From Fistulifera solaris (taxonomy: Eukaryota): a stretch of DNA of 64,000 nt. Under the pieces are notes generated by a model, which was given only the letters and a program-made list of their open reading frames with translations, was not told where the DNA came from and did not search any database. A program made the translations under genes and the position numbers. The stretch is taken from positions 1,488,001-1,552,000 of the forward strand of contig AP026123.1 in assembly GCA_030295235.1 (NCBI GenBank), written 5' to 3'. Shown here piece by piece: positions 35,501 to 47,339 of the stretch (the first letter of the stretch is position 1; each line of letters begins with the position of its first letter).

Positions 35501-38500
35501 AATAATCAGTTGGTTTTCCATTGATGCCATGGATAACATCTCCAACACAAACACCTTTAGATTCGGTAGCTGGTTTTACGCTATCCACAATGACAAGGCC
35601 CCCTTCTTTTCGCAAACCAAGTCCCAACCTTTCTGTTTCAAAAACAACGTCATATTCATCGACAAGCTCCTCAGTCCTAGTCTCGATATTTGACGACCGC
35701 GACCATTTCTGAACGACAGAGCGGACCAGGCTTAAGTCGTCACTCCCAATAACGATAGATAAGGGGTCCACGTTTACGCTAAGTGCTCGTTTAACTCCAC
35801 CTCGAGGACTTTGAAAGTGCTCGAACTCCATTCCAACGGTAAGGGGCAATAGCAACGGAATATAAAAGTCTTCGGTCGTATAAAGAGGCAACTCAAGATT
35901 CGTATCAGTGGAGCAGGTATCTTCAATGATTTGAAGGTGGTGGATTCTTGGCGTTAAAATGTCGCTGACATCGGCATGGATGTAGCTTGAAATATTCTGG
36001 AGGTCGGCGTTTATCCTCGTCAAACTGCCACTTTTTCCGCTTGCGTCGTCACCATCAGAAACATCGGTACGGAACGCCCCGTTGGCAATAGCAAGGCTGG
36101 GTAATCAAATTGAGAAAATAAGGAAATATGGTTGGTCGTAACTACACGGTCCAAACTTACCCCCTTAGTACCAAAGCTTTCGATCTTGGATCGCTTTCGT
36201 CCGCAACAAAGATGAAACGTGGATAATGGAGTACGAATCGAACTTGCATCAGCCCACTTCGTGATCGATTCTTTTTGTCCTTAGATCTTGCATTCTCTTC
36301 GCGACAACTCAATTTGCACCCATCGGGCAACGGCCATAGACACATCAAGAAACTTGCTGTATCTTGCACAAAACTTTGGAGCACGACCACACTCAGGTCA
36401 CTTAATACCATCGCAACTTTCGTCTCGCCCGATAAGGTCTTGTCGACCTTTAAAGAAAAGTGTGTAGAAGGATTGTCGACATCGTTACGCTTCTCCGGGG
36501 GTGAATAATTTTCTATAACGACGGATGCTTTTCGTTGCATTGGGTCACTCGCTTCTACCCACCTTTCACCAAGATCGAAAAGATAAATTTGATCAAGAGA
36601 GAGATTGCACGACATCTCGCCGTCGGAGCCTTTACCTGCAGTAAGTTGCAGTCCTCGACCATGAAGGAAAAAGAAATCCAAGTGTGGCTGATGACTAGCT
36701 GTGGCGCGCGACAGAGTGATTAGAAGCCTACCAAGAGATAAGCGAAAGTCAAACGATGTCGGCTTGACTCTTTTAGAGCCACCGAATTGGACATGACGTG
36801 CACTGGACGCGTATGAGACAGGAGAAGGTAGGTCACTTTCCTCTTTAGCAGAATCACTATTCCGGGCTTGCTCCTTTTCCCACTGTGTCTCAAGATTATC
36901 CCAATCCTGGTTTTCGATGGACCGCATCAAGTTATGATTAAACACGTTTAGTAAGATAATGTAGTCGTGGTAAGAAAAAAGAAGCTCCACATCTGATATT
37001 TCAGCATACAAAGAAAGACAGGAAAAACTCCTCTCCGCCACTATTGCTAAGTCCACCTTTTTGAGAATGGTACTACCAGCTACCATCGTCGTACATTCCA
37101 AGCCCTGGATTGATGTCTTCAGCAGACGTTTTCCATCTTCTTGACCAACGTCGCTAACCCAACTTTCTAATAAAACATCCCCTGCGAAGCACGGTGTTAG
37201 TTTGTCGTCTAAGTGAGAATAAATCGCGCCTAGATTTGAGAGAAGTACTAACCAAGTTTCAACTCGATCCCTTCATTTGTTAATTCGTCGCTTGGCAGCG
37301 AAAACGTGGGTGATTCCATGTCAAGATGAAAATAGCTTCTCTTCTCTATTCTCTTTTCACAAAGCCTTTTGCTGCTCTCGAGGTAGCCCCCATACCCTTT
37401 CCGGGCATACCATTACTGAGGTAGTCCACAAGCTCTTCTATGTGATTTCGAACAACTCTGACATCGAGCGATGACATCGATATGTCGATAAAATCGTCGA
37501 TTCTTCCCGCATTAGAAGCCAGGTGGCGTTGCAACCAGTCTGGAGCCGTACTATTGTCTCCAACAGCACTTCCCAATTTATAGGTCCTGTAAAGCACATT
37601 TAAAAAGTTCCTCTCATTGTGGCACGTATTGATGAACTTCCTCTCTGGTGAACCAATCATACACGCGTCTAGAACGAAGGACTGCAGATCCTTCACTTGA
37701 CCCTGTATGAGGGAGCCATCTTCATCGTTCATGACATCTAAGTAGCACGAGGAGAGAGCTGATCGGACCAACCTCCTTTTCTGGTGTTCCTTGTTAAGGC
37801 AAATCGATAATCTGTGACATTCAAATGTACCCCGAGATGTTTTCGCTGCATCGCCGCCCTGCTGTGTGGTGACTGTAAGGTTTTCCTTGCCGATATCAAT
37901 ATCTCCTTCCTCGATAATCTTTTCCTTGAAACGCTTCAAGAATCGACCCAAGAACCTCTGCACTGCAATTACCATTGACGGATTATATTGAATATCAACG
38001 CAACCCAAAATGATGCTATATACGTGGGCTGCGTTGGCCAGACTGAGAACTTCCACAGCAAGGTCGTGACAGGGCAAAGAATTTTCGCCTAATTGAGTAA
38101 TATCGAGTTCGGTTGCTTGCTTGTTCTGGCAGACTGTTACAGTGGATGAGGGTCTAAGCCCCAAAACATGTCTAAAAGGAGACATACTTCCTTGTAGACA
38201 ATCGAAGACATCTAGTTGCCGAACTCGCAAATGTAGCGAGTTCTCGATAGAAAGACATAGAAGTCGAATCGTCCAGACTCATGCCGTCCCACACAGTCCG
38301 TTCTTCGGTTCTAAAATCAATAACATCGCTTGAAACTTCAATAAGTTCTTGCGATCCTGAAAAATGTCTCCCACTGTCATCTACAATGACGACATTTGTA
38401 CCTTCTAAAACCAGCAGAAATCTTTTCAACGATGGTCGTCCACATAACGTTTCCTTATTCTCTTCTGAGGCTTCCATGCCTTCTGCACGAGAAGTCGTAA

Positions 38501-41500
38501 AATTCATGTAAGCATGCAAGTCTCTTTTAATACGAAGAACAACATCAATTCCAATCAGCATTTCAGAAAACGATATTCTTGTTGTGAGCTTGCTTATTGA
38601 AACCTTGTCGGAATGCATGGGACAAGAGCATTGTTTTTGACGGTCGCATTTGTTGGAAGTGGCAGTAAGGGACCATGGCTCTATTAGGGAAGTCATTTGA
38701 AAGCTGCTATTTCGCGCCAACCCCATTTGGACTTTGTCAATGACATACTTCCTCCGTACTGATCCGTCGTTGGATGCGTGCGTAAAATCGATGAGATGAA
38801 TCAGAATTTTTGCTGCAGCTTCGTAGTCGCCCAACAAAATCTGTGATTCTTTCACAGTAAGTGCGAACGTATGAGTAGCCGACACTGGAACGTTGCTTGT
38901 GCAAGGGAAGCACATTGATTCTGCTTGCATGGGAAGCCAACTCATCCTACTGTCCACTTGAAGTTCGTCCTGTTTTGGTGGCCCCCACCTATTTTATACC
39001 ACCTATCGCCTATCTGGATTACTTCGTTAGGTGAAAGAACTGTCGGCTCTGGCAAAACATGAAGAAATTCGATAAATGCCGGAAGGCCGATATATCGGCG
39101 TGTATTCGAGGGTTCTCGACGACCAAGGTACGACTTGTGTTGGCTGACTTAGTAGTAATTGAAGAATAGGAAATTCTGGACCAACATTGGTTGGCGCCAC
39201 TTAACAGCGTTCGAGGACCAGAACGTGTTTCGACGGCAACTTGCAAGGAACAGTGAAGAAGCTGTTGGCTGATGCGATCTGCATTCTTCGTGAAATTCCA
39301 ATCAAATCCAGAAAGAATAAAAACTGAGTATTCTTCAAAATAATCATTACGAGCCAAAAGCTTGACCTGGGGAACCGAAAGGGTCACGTCGAATGTGGTG
39401 GGAGACAAGTCCTTCTGGTCGTATCCGAACTTGACAAGAAGACTAGCAAGGTAGCTCTGTAACGCTGACGGCGTTAATGATTGTAAAGCTACCCATTCTT
39501 CCATATTTCTGGATTCTTCTCCTATATTAGAAGATATTACATGCCGAAAAAGAGCGAAATCTTCTTTTCGTATAGCGAGTTCAAGGCTGTCGAATGAACA
39601 TTTGACGCACCACTTCGGAAAATTCACACTGGCTGTTCTCCCTGCAGGCCAGCTGATGTTGACGAGTCCGTCGGGTGCTTCATCCTCTCCGCAAATGATA
39701 CTTCCGTCCGGATTCGATAAGAGAATGTTCCTTGAAGAGACAGACACATTATTGAACCATTGCATGAGAGGTCCACGAGTAAGATGATGATTTTCCGAAG
39801 TACGCATGGGCCCACATTCAAAGCGATTTCGAATCCAGAGCTCGTCGCTCTCAAAACGGATAAAGTCGGTTGAACAGCAGGAAACAGGAATCAGGATGGT
39901 TGGGGACTCAACGTATATTGCGAATGCATTCACACCAAATTTCTCTATCGCGTCAGTGGCTTCCTCTTCGAGCTGCGCTGGGTCGAAGGGCTGGGGTCTT
40001 GTCGCTCCCCACACTTCGTATCCCACGACGCCTTCAAAAAAGTAGTCGATTATTTCCAGCCACAGCTGCTGTAGGTACACGAATTTCATTGGACTCAGAT
40101 TAGCTTCGATCTTCGAATCATAACCGTAAAGATTCCCTTTGGGGATATCCACCAATACACAGTCTTCGACAATCCCATCGTGTTTGTCTGATGTCGAAAG
40201 GTATTTCCGAAGTCTCGGGTTTTTAGAAATATTTAACTCAAACAAAGAAGTAGGCTTTGATTTACTTGCATCCGTCTTCAATCCAATGAGTTCTCTGTAC
40301 AAAGTCTTATTGTCGAAACTTTCTGGATCTGTAAGGGAAAAATTCTCAAACACTGCCTTGATATGGTAGCCACCCTTCGGCTTTCTTTGATAATTCACAC
40401 GGCAGTGCTCCATTTCAACGGCGAAAAGACGACGGTGACGTACTTCCTTGTTAAAATTAATTCTCAACCTTTTTATCTCAAAGGTGACCAGAATTGGATT
40501 ACTACCCGCGGGCTGAGAGGCTTCAACATTTCGAGAGACATCAACGTCTGATAGTAAAGCAACTTTCGGGTTCTTACTCAACGGAGCCAAAAGTAGGCCG
40601 CGAGGACTCCCGAGAAAGGGTAACGATCTGAATTGAGGCGTTCCCGTGTCGTCTTCGGTCGTCAAGTCCATTGACGACGACACCACGGATTCACTGATCT
40701 CGGATACCATGAACGTGTCGACGCTGCTATATGAAACCACAGACTCCGCGTCGACGAAATCGTCTTCATCTGCGTCGAAATAAAAGGACGAGTCAACTTC
40801 AAACCTCGCGCCGTCCAAATCACCATGAGAACCTTGCATTGCCTTGTTTATTATTCCGATACTGTCTGGATTCCATTCGATGAAGAGCTCGTGAAATTTA
40901 ACGATGAGGTAATTGGTCATTTCGGAACGACCTTGGCCGCTATTCGATAGCTCTGTGCCATACTGGACCGAAACAAGATCCGAAGATCGACCCGAGTGGG
41001 TCAGCTTAGATCGGTCTGCCTGTACAAGTGTTGGATCAATAGAGGCAATCATCAAGGAGAAATCGTTACCTGCTCGTTGGTACAAGTCTCTCATGGTGAG
41101 CCGATGCAATGACATGTTGGAAGTAAGTATGGTCCCTCTCGAAAGGGTTTCCGAAACGAATGAAACTTTTATCTCTGTCAAGTTTAAGTCGAAAAGAGGG
41201 ATTGAAGATGCCTCTGCTTTTCCACCAAATTTTCCGGTATCCTTTTCCACGTAAAGTTGAAGCAGAGGAACCTCAAACTCGAAAATGACCTTTTGATAGG
41301 TTGAAGATGGTTTGGAATGCAGACCACCTACTGGATTCACTTTAATTTTGATCGAAGAACCAGCACCCCATGTCGGACTCATTTCTTGTCGCCGAGCATG
41401 CCACTGCTGACAAAGGCTGCGAAAAAGTCCAATCGTACACGAACTCAAATTGAATGCGAGTCGAGGAAGCTCGGCGAAAATCTTTATTTGAGTTTGATCC

Positions 41501-44085
41501 AAGCTTCCTTTAGAGGCCATGTTTTCGATTTTAAAACTAACCCCGAATGGCTCAATAATGGAGCCCATCGAGCGCTTAATGCAATCTTCCCGGGTTGTCA
41601 ATGCCAGGCCCAAAAGTTCTCGATAATTATTCACTGAGCAACGCAACACTTGTATTTGAGACAAGTCAAGTTTCCAATATTGATCGACTCGCTCGCTATC
41701 CATTGGGTTGAATGCCTCCGTTACGGTTGTAAATTTGAGACGACCAAGGTCAATAACGACCATTAGACTGCAGTCGGCGGAACTTTCTGGGAAGAGGACG
41801 TTTGGCCCCGCCAAATCAAGATCCACCGAAAAATCATGCTCCTTGTGGATCATTGCTAAATAAAGACGTTTTTGCTTTTCGTTTTTCCATTTTCTCAACT
41901 GCACAAGTGTATGATGATAGTCATCTTTAAAATCAAGGTTTGCTGTTTGGAAGATTCTTGTTAAAGCTTCAACAGGTTTCGTGACGTAAACAATTTCCAG
42001 GGGATGAACCCGCACCACAACCGAAGTTTTGGAAGCGAAGCTCATTGATTGTTGTTTTGTGTAAGCTCTCTGTATTCGGACTGCAATAGTTTCCTTGAAG
42101 AATTTGTTGTTTATTTCAAAGCCGTGCCTGTGCTCGGCATCTTCAAATTTGGTCCTTGAGCTCACAAGATGAGGGAGGGCTTTACTTTGATCGGAAGAAG
42201 TGAAGACCATACAATCTTCAACTATCAGATCGCCCACAAGGTTACTAATGCTCCATGATCCATCGCAGAAAACTTCTAGCTCTTGTAACAAAGCGAAAGA
42301 GAGACGCACCACCGGCTGACGTTTCCTGCATCTATACCTATGGTCATCGATACGCAGACTGAACTCCGCGCATTTCATTGATGTCGTACAGACTGGCTTA
42401 AACTCCCCGTTGGCGCTTGACGAAATTTCTTTTGATGAATTTTCGCGGTAAAGGAGCTCGGCCATTTCGATGAAGGCACTTTTTCTGTGTTGAAGTGAAA
42501 GCACGTCTTCTGCCAGTAAAGATGTCCTTAAATTCCGGTCAAACTTCAACATATCTCCTGATAATATAAGCGATTTGTCACGGGTCCCTCGTAGAGCCTC
42601 GTATGTATGAATGCGGAAGGCCACGATTTCGGCAACAGTGAGTTCAGCTTCAAGTCTCGTGAGTTCAAAATGACAGTCCAGCTGGACTTCCTCTTTCTCC
42701 AAGAAACATATTTTGATAAAAAGTTCTGTACAATTTTCGCTTTCCAAGAATTTGAGCTACTCCAAGCCATCCACGCCGCCGTTTCCGCATAATAGCAGAT
42801 GTTCGTTGGTCCTTGCCTTGCGAGTCAAACGCGACTACAACCTGCAACGCGTAATGCCACCATTGTCGAGGACTCAATAACGGCGACTGAGTTGGTCTCA
42901 GTTCGCTGAGTTTTGCCAAAGTCTTTTTCATTGATAAACTCTGATTGAAATCATTCCAAACTGTAAGAGACTTCCTCAAGTATCCAAGATCTTCTAGAAG
43001 GCTTCGTGAAAGTATGATTTGGCACGGTGGAAAGTAAACGTCAATCGTTGAGCAGCGTGGTGGAGAAGCGTCCGCAGGCGATCCAGAAACAGCTTCAGAC
43101 ATGGTTGTTTCCGAAGACAAGGCGATCTGAATCGAGGGTGAAAAAGGGTCGAGAAGGTACGTATGTCGGGACTGAAAAGTGCTCTTTTCCGAGTCCGACA
43201 TGAATGACGCAGGTAGTGCTCCTTCCTCTAGACGCCGAAATGCTTCACGATAAAATAAATCTGGACTTGCCATAATGCCGCGAGCAGTGCGGGTTTTCAG
43301 ATCCGAAGCTAGTATACAGCTGCTATCCCAGTATGCAGCCAAATCCTTGAATGCCACAACTCGATCACGTGTCGAGCTCGAAGGGTCTTTGCTCGCGGAA
43401 TGAACCATGAACTCACGCAGTACTACACCGACTGAAAAGAAGGACGGTAACGAAACGGTGGGTTGTTCGAACCCAGATTCCTTGCAAAACCCAGACAATC
43501 CCCGGGATCTTCGTATCGGACATGAACGTTTCGCACGGTGACGACTAAGTTGGATAAAATTTCCGCCACTCGTTCGTGGATCCATACAGCCAAAAAAGAC
43601 TCTTTTGCTGCTGGTATTGACGCTGAAGCAGCCCGTTTCAATAAATGTTTGTTGAGAGCGGCTTGCACCGCTTCCTCTAATTTTCGTTGTTTCTCTTCAA
43701 GGGAAGCATCCTCTAACTCCTTGGATCCAGTCTCGTCCGAATCATCAGTCCTGGCTTCCTTTCTCGGCGTCACGAGGATTTGAATGTCGGAAAGAACCAC
43801 CGTGCATTGCAGGTCGTCGTCTAGTGACGACTCGCTCGTACGCCATCGTAACCTGGACCGCAGGAATTTCCAGGGTATCCGAATCTCCAAGTTCCCAATT
43901 CTTCCGTAGCATAAATGAATCGGACAATCAGTGACCCAATGATCTAAAGCATCACGACGCAAGGCCAAGTCATTTAATACGAGCTCTCCATTCCATGCGG
44001 ACAAGCGTATTCTATCTTTGTCGAATCCATCAATCAAGTGGCCGAAATGCGTTGTCAAGACGTCTGTCAGGTATCGTTCAAACAT
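29543..44085 (-). CDS. VPS13: VPS13-family lipid-transfer protein (multi-exon, frameshifted in this assembly)
   Basis: Chorein-N start (MFERYL..FG..I.GFDKDRIRLSAWNGELVLNDL), P..SPRQWWHYA, FFAT-like YFDADEDDFVDAE, VAB-like repeats (RNRTG, RNLLPV, FRIENCS) and ATG2-C-like GVTGVVKAPIRGAERKGLEGFAKGIGKG..RPRR. Successive minus-strand ORFs linked by short introns and frameshifts. Confidence 0.92.
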
Positions 44086-44647
44086 CGCTCGGTCTTATTA
44101 TTATCAGTAAGCGTTTCGATTCCAGCGCAAGTTGTAAATGCGTGTTCTTATAACATTCTTTCATTACAAGAACCTGGTAAGTTATGGAGAAACTCGTCTT
44201 TCAATGACATCAACATACTCCGTGCGATCGCATTCATCGCAGCAACCGCATGGCGGAAACGAATGAATGAGGTGCGACAGCGGTTACTGTAACGGTGGTG
44301 AAAGATTATGTAAAATACGTCATATTACACGTTGACGTAATAAATAAATCGCACTACTACATAAATGACTTTACTCGAATACCGGACTCTGGCTCCTCGA
44401 CCACCACCCATCAATATCAATTTGCCCATCGCAACGAAACAACCCATTTCTCGCTTGCTCAGACTTCTATGAATGGTCGCTGTTTCTTCCGTTCTATTCA
44501 ATACAACAGCCAGGCTTTGAACCACTCTAGAAAAAAGCAAAAAGAAAGGCGCTTCGTCTCTAAAGTCTTGGACCGGAAATGCCAGCTCGCAAGATATTCG
44601 ACCTACGATACAAAGGGTTGATTTTCCTTGTTGTGTTGCTTTTCGAA

Positions 44648-46165
44648 ATGCTCGGGCTTCAGTTCCGAATAGCTCGGTGTACCCGGGTATCTGCCTTTCA
44701 TATCCGCCCAAGGTCTTCATTTATTTCCCGTGTAACGCGCTCGAATACACTGCGCTACCTTGCCACACGCTCTTACACAATTTCTGCCCCAAATCAATCG
44801 CACAACGAACAAATTTTGAAAAACGACGAGTTACTAAATTGGCGAAATCATCCTGCTTTGAACATTTCAATTTCATTTCCGACTTGGATAATACCGGTTG
44901 CAGGCAAGGGAATCCAGAAACTCTTAAGCGAACCACTACTACAACCTTACTTGGCAACTCGCCTCGATATCTTGGAACACACGCATCAACGGCTGAAAGT
45001 CGTTCAAGACTACCACACAGATGGCCAAAATCGAAATACGACTCATAAAGTTGTTCTTTTGCATCCAGATACCCCTTCTCAAGAGCACCTTCCCTTGGAA
45101 GTGCAGCAATTGATGCGCGATTACAAAGTCGACTCTCCCGGCCCCTTGATTCCTGTTTCATTCAATTACAAACAATTTACTGCATCCTACGTCTTAACAA
45201 AGCTTCTGCCACCGGAAGCGCACCCTCCACCAACTTCCTTTGAGACCATCGGACATGTGGCACATTTGAATTTACGGGAAAATCACCTTCCTTACAAACG
45301 ACTGATAGGAGAAGTCTTGTTGGAGACGCTGCCGACGATTGAAACAGTCATACACAAAGTGGGAGAAGTCACGGGACCGTTTCGGACGTACGATTTTTCG
45401 GTCTTGGCGGGTCGCCCGGACACGGCCGTCAAAGTGACCGAAAGTGGTATTCAAATGCATTTTGACGTGGCAGAAGTCTATTGGTCGGCACGCTTATCAG
45501 AGGAACGGCAACGCATTTTGAAGTATGAGATTCAGCCAGGAGACTATATAGCTGACGCATTTTGTGGAGTGGGAGCTATTTGTCTTATGGCTGCTGCACA
45601 GCTCAATTGCACAATTTCGGCCAATGACTGGAACCCGAAAGCAGTGGAATATCTGAAGGCGAACACTGTGTTGAATGGGGTGGAGCAAAACTTCAAGAAG
45701 CTATCCTGCACTGACGCTTACGACTTTCTAATGGACCTCGGTCTCGCGGATGATAAGAAAGAGACCAGGCTTCCCGATCATGTTTTGCTCAATTTTCCAT
45801 TGGAAGCCCCGCGATTTTTGGGAGCACTTCGTTGGTGGCCCGTCAAAAGTCCATCGAATTTGAAACGGAGCGACAAGGCTGAAAAGGATGAAACGCACCG
45901 TACCCCACGTGTGCACGTGTATACGTTTGCCCGTGCGGACCCCGAAACCAATCGGAGCGCCGAGGACGTAGCAGTAGATTCAATTGCTTCCAATCTGCTT
46001 CCCATGGGAGATTCGACTTATCGTAAAGATGAACTTAACAATGATTACGGGTGTAAGGTCAATGTTCATGACGTAAGAGATGTAGCGCCTGGAAAGGTTG
46101 TCATGTGCGTCAGTTTCAGCGCGACACCAAGACTGCTACGGTGTATGCAAGGGGATTTTTCCTAG
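44648..46165 (+). CDS. TRM5: tRNA (guanine-37-N1)-methyltransferase, Trm5/Met-10 family, probably organelle-targeted
   Basis: PTSFETIGHVAHLNLR, IGEVLL, FRTY..VLAG, VYWSARLSEER, DAFCGVG, ANDWNP and VHVYTF motifs. R/S-rich N-terminal extension. Confidence 0.9.
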   Translation: MLGLQFRIARCTRVSAFHIRPRSSFISRVTRSNTLRYLATRSYTISAPNQSHNEQILKNDELLNWRNHPALNISISFPTWIIPVAGKGIQKLLSEPLLQPYLATRLDILEHTHQRLKVVQDYHTDGQNRNTTHKVVLLHPDTPSQEHLPLEVQQLMRDYKVDSPGPLIPVSFNYKQFTASYVLTKLLPPEAHPPPTSFETIGHVAHLNLRENHLPYKRLIGEVLLETLPTIETVIHKVGEVTGPFRTYDFSVLAGRPDTAVKVTESGIQMHFDVAEVYWSARLSEERQRILKYEIQPGDYIADAFCGVGAICLMAAAQLNCTISANDWNPKAVEYLKANTVLNGVEQNFKKLSCTDAYDFLMDLGLADDKKETRLPDHVLLNFPLEAPRFLGALRWWPVKSPSNLKRSDKAEKDETHRTPRVHVYTFARADPETNRSAEDVAVDSIASNLLPMGDSTYRKDELNNDYGCKVNVHDVRDVAPGKVVMCVSFSATPRLLRCMQGDFS

Positions 46166-46397
46166 ATGAACTTTAGCTATGACAACGTAAGCGATCACTT
46201 TATCAACTAAGAAGCAGGCAGCTAGACGGGATTCGAACCACCAACGACATGATTACCAACATTTCTAAACATGAATCGAAGAGTAGACATTCGTAACATT
46301 GCATCTGTTGTCTTTTTCATGTTTGGTGTTCCAATTTAATGTCGATTCTTGCTAATAGTCTCTGTGAAGGTATGTTGAAGAAAGGTTCGATAGAAAT

Positions 46398-46478
46398 AAA
46401 CGACGTTAAAATTCTGCCTCGCCGTAGGCTCTACGTAGAAACTTGTACTGAAATGCAGAATTTTAACGTTCTTTCCCG
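46398..46478. repeat. dispersed ~80-bp inverted-repeat (hairpin) element, copy 2
   Basis: Perfect 15-bp arms ACGTTAAAATTCTGC (46403-46417) and GCAGAATTTTAACGT (46455-46469). Same core as 12326-12405. Confidence 0.85.
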
Positions 46479-46514
46479 AGAAAAACTTCGATGAGGTCGA
46501 GTTCGATGAATGCC

Positions 46515-47212
46515 AGGTGCTACCTACATCGATAAATATCCTACGGGGCCTACGTGAAACGCACCTAGACATTCGAAGAGTTGTATCTTCAATTCTTTTT
46601 ACGTTTTTATTTCGATTTGATTGTGAACATCGTCAACGAGTGTGAATTAAGAATGTTGACGAAAGGTTTTGTGGCATTTGGTGTCAGCATACCCGAAAAA
46701 TGGTGGTTGTCGGATTTCGCAATATCCGGGTACCCCCTCTGTCGATAAATTTCCCCACGGGGCCTACGTGAATTGCACGTAGACATTCGAAGAGTTGTAT
46801 CTTCGATCCTTTCTACGTTTTTATTTCGATTTGATTGTGAAAATCGTCTACGAGTGTAAATTAAGAATGTTGACGAAAGGTTTTGTGGCATTTGGAGTCA
46901 GCATACCCGAAAAATGGTGGTTGTCGGATTTCGCAATATCCGGGTACCCCCTCTGTCGATAAATTTCCCTACGGGGCCTACGTGAATCGCACGTAGACAT
47001 TCGAAGAGTTGTATCTTCAATTCTTTTTACGTTTTTATTTCGATTTGATTGTGAAAATCGTCTACGAGTGTAAATTAAGAATGTTGACGAAAGGTTTTGT
47101 GGCATTTGGAGTCAGCATACCCGAAAAATGGTGGTTGTCGGATTTCGCAATATCCGGGTACCCCCTCTGTCGATAAATTTCCCTACGGGGCCTACGTGAA
47201 AAGCACGTGGGC
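46515..47212 (-). repeat. tandem satellite, 214-bp period, ~3.3 units
   Basis: TTAAGAATGTTGACG at 46647, 46861 and 47075, an exact 214-bp spacing. Units are nearly identical. Confidence 0.95.
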
Positions 47213-47339
47213 ATTCCTGCACTGCATCTATCGTTGCACTCCGACAAAGATTACAACAAGGAAGCAATAACCTCTTGACAATCGTTCTGCATTGTGTCCA
47301 AGAACATTTAATGGAGAGGCTATCCTAACGCTCATAAGC

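Noticed and set aside
44648..46165. Functional linkage of TRM5 (m1G37) with the G37-containing permuted tRNA
   Set aside because: They are 31 kb apart with unrelated genes between, and this TRM5 looks organelle-targeted. Probably coincidence.
46218..46262. B-box/T-loop-like GGTTCGAATCC on the minus strand (second tRNA or SINE head?)
   Set aside because: The T stem pairs poorly and I could not find a matching 5' half on either side. At most a decayed remnant.
46336..47247. Repeated short ORFs (MPQNLSSTF...) and similar ORFs at 61802-62495 and 28056-28620
   Set aside because: They are translations of non-coding tandem repeats; the 214-bp period is not a multiple of 3.
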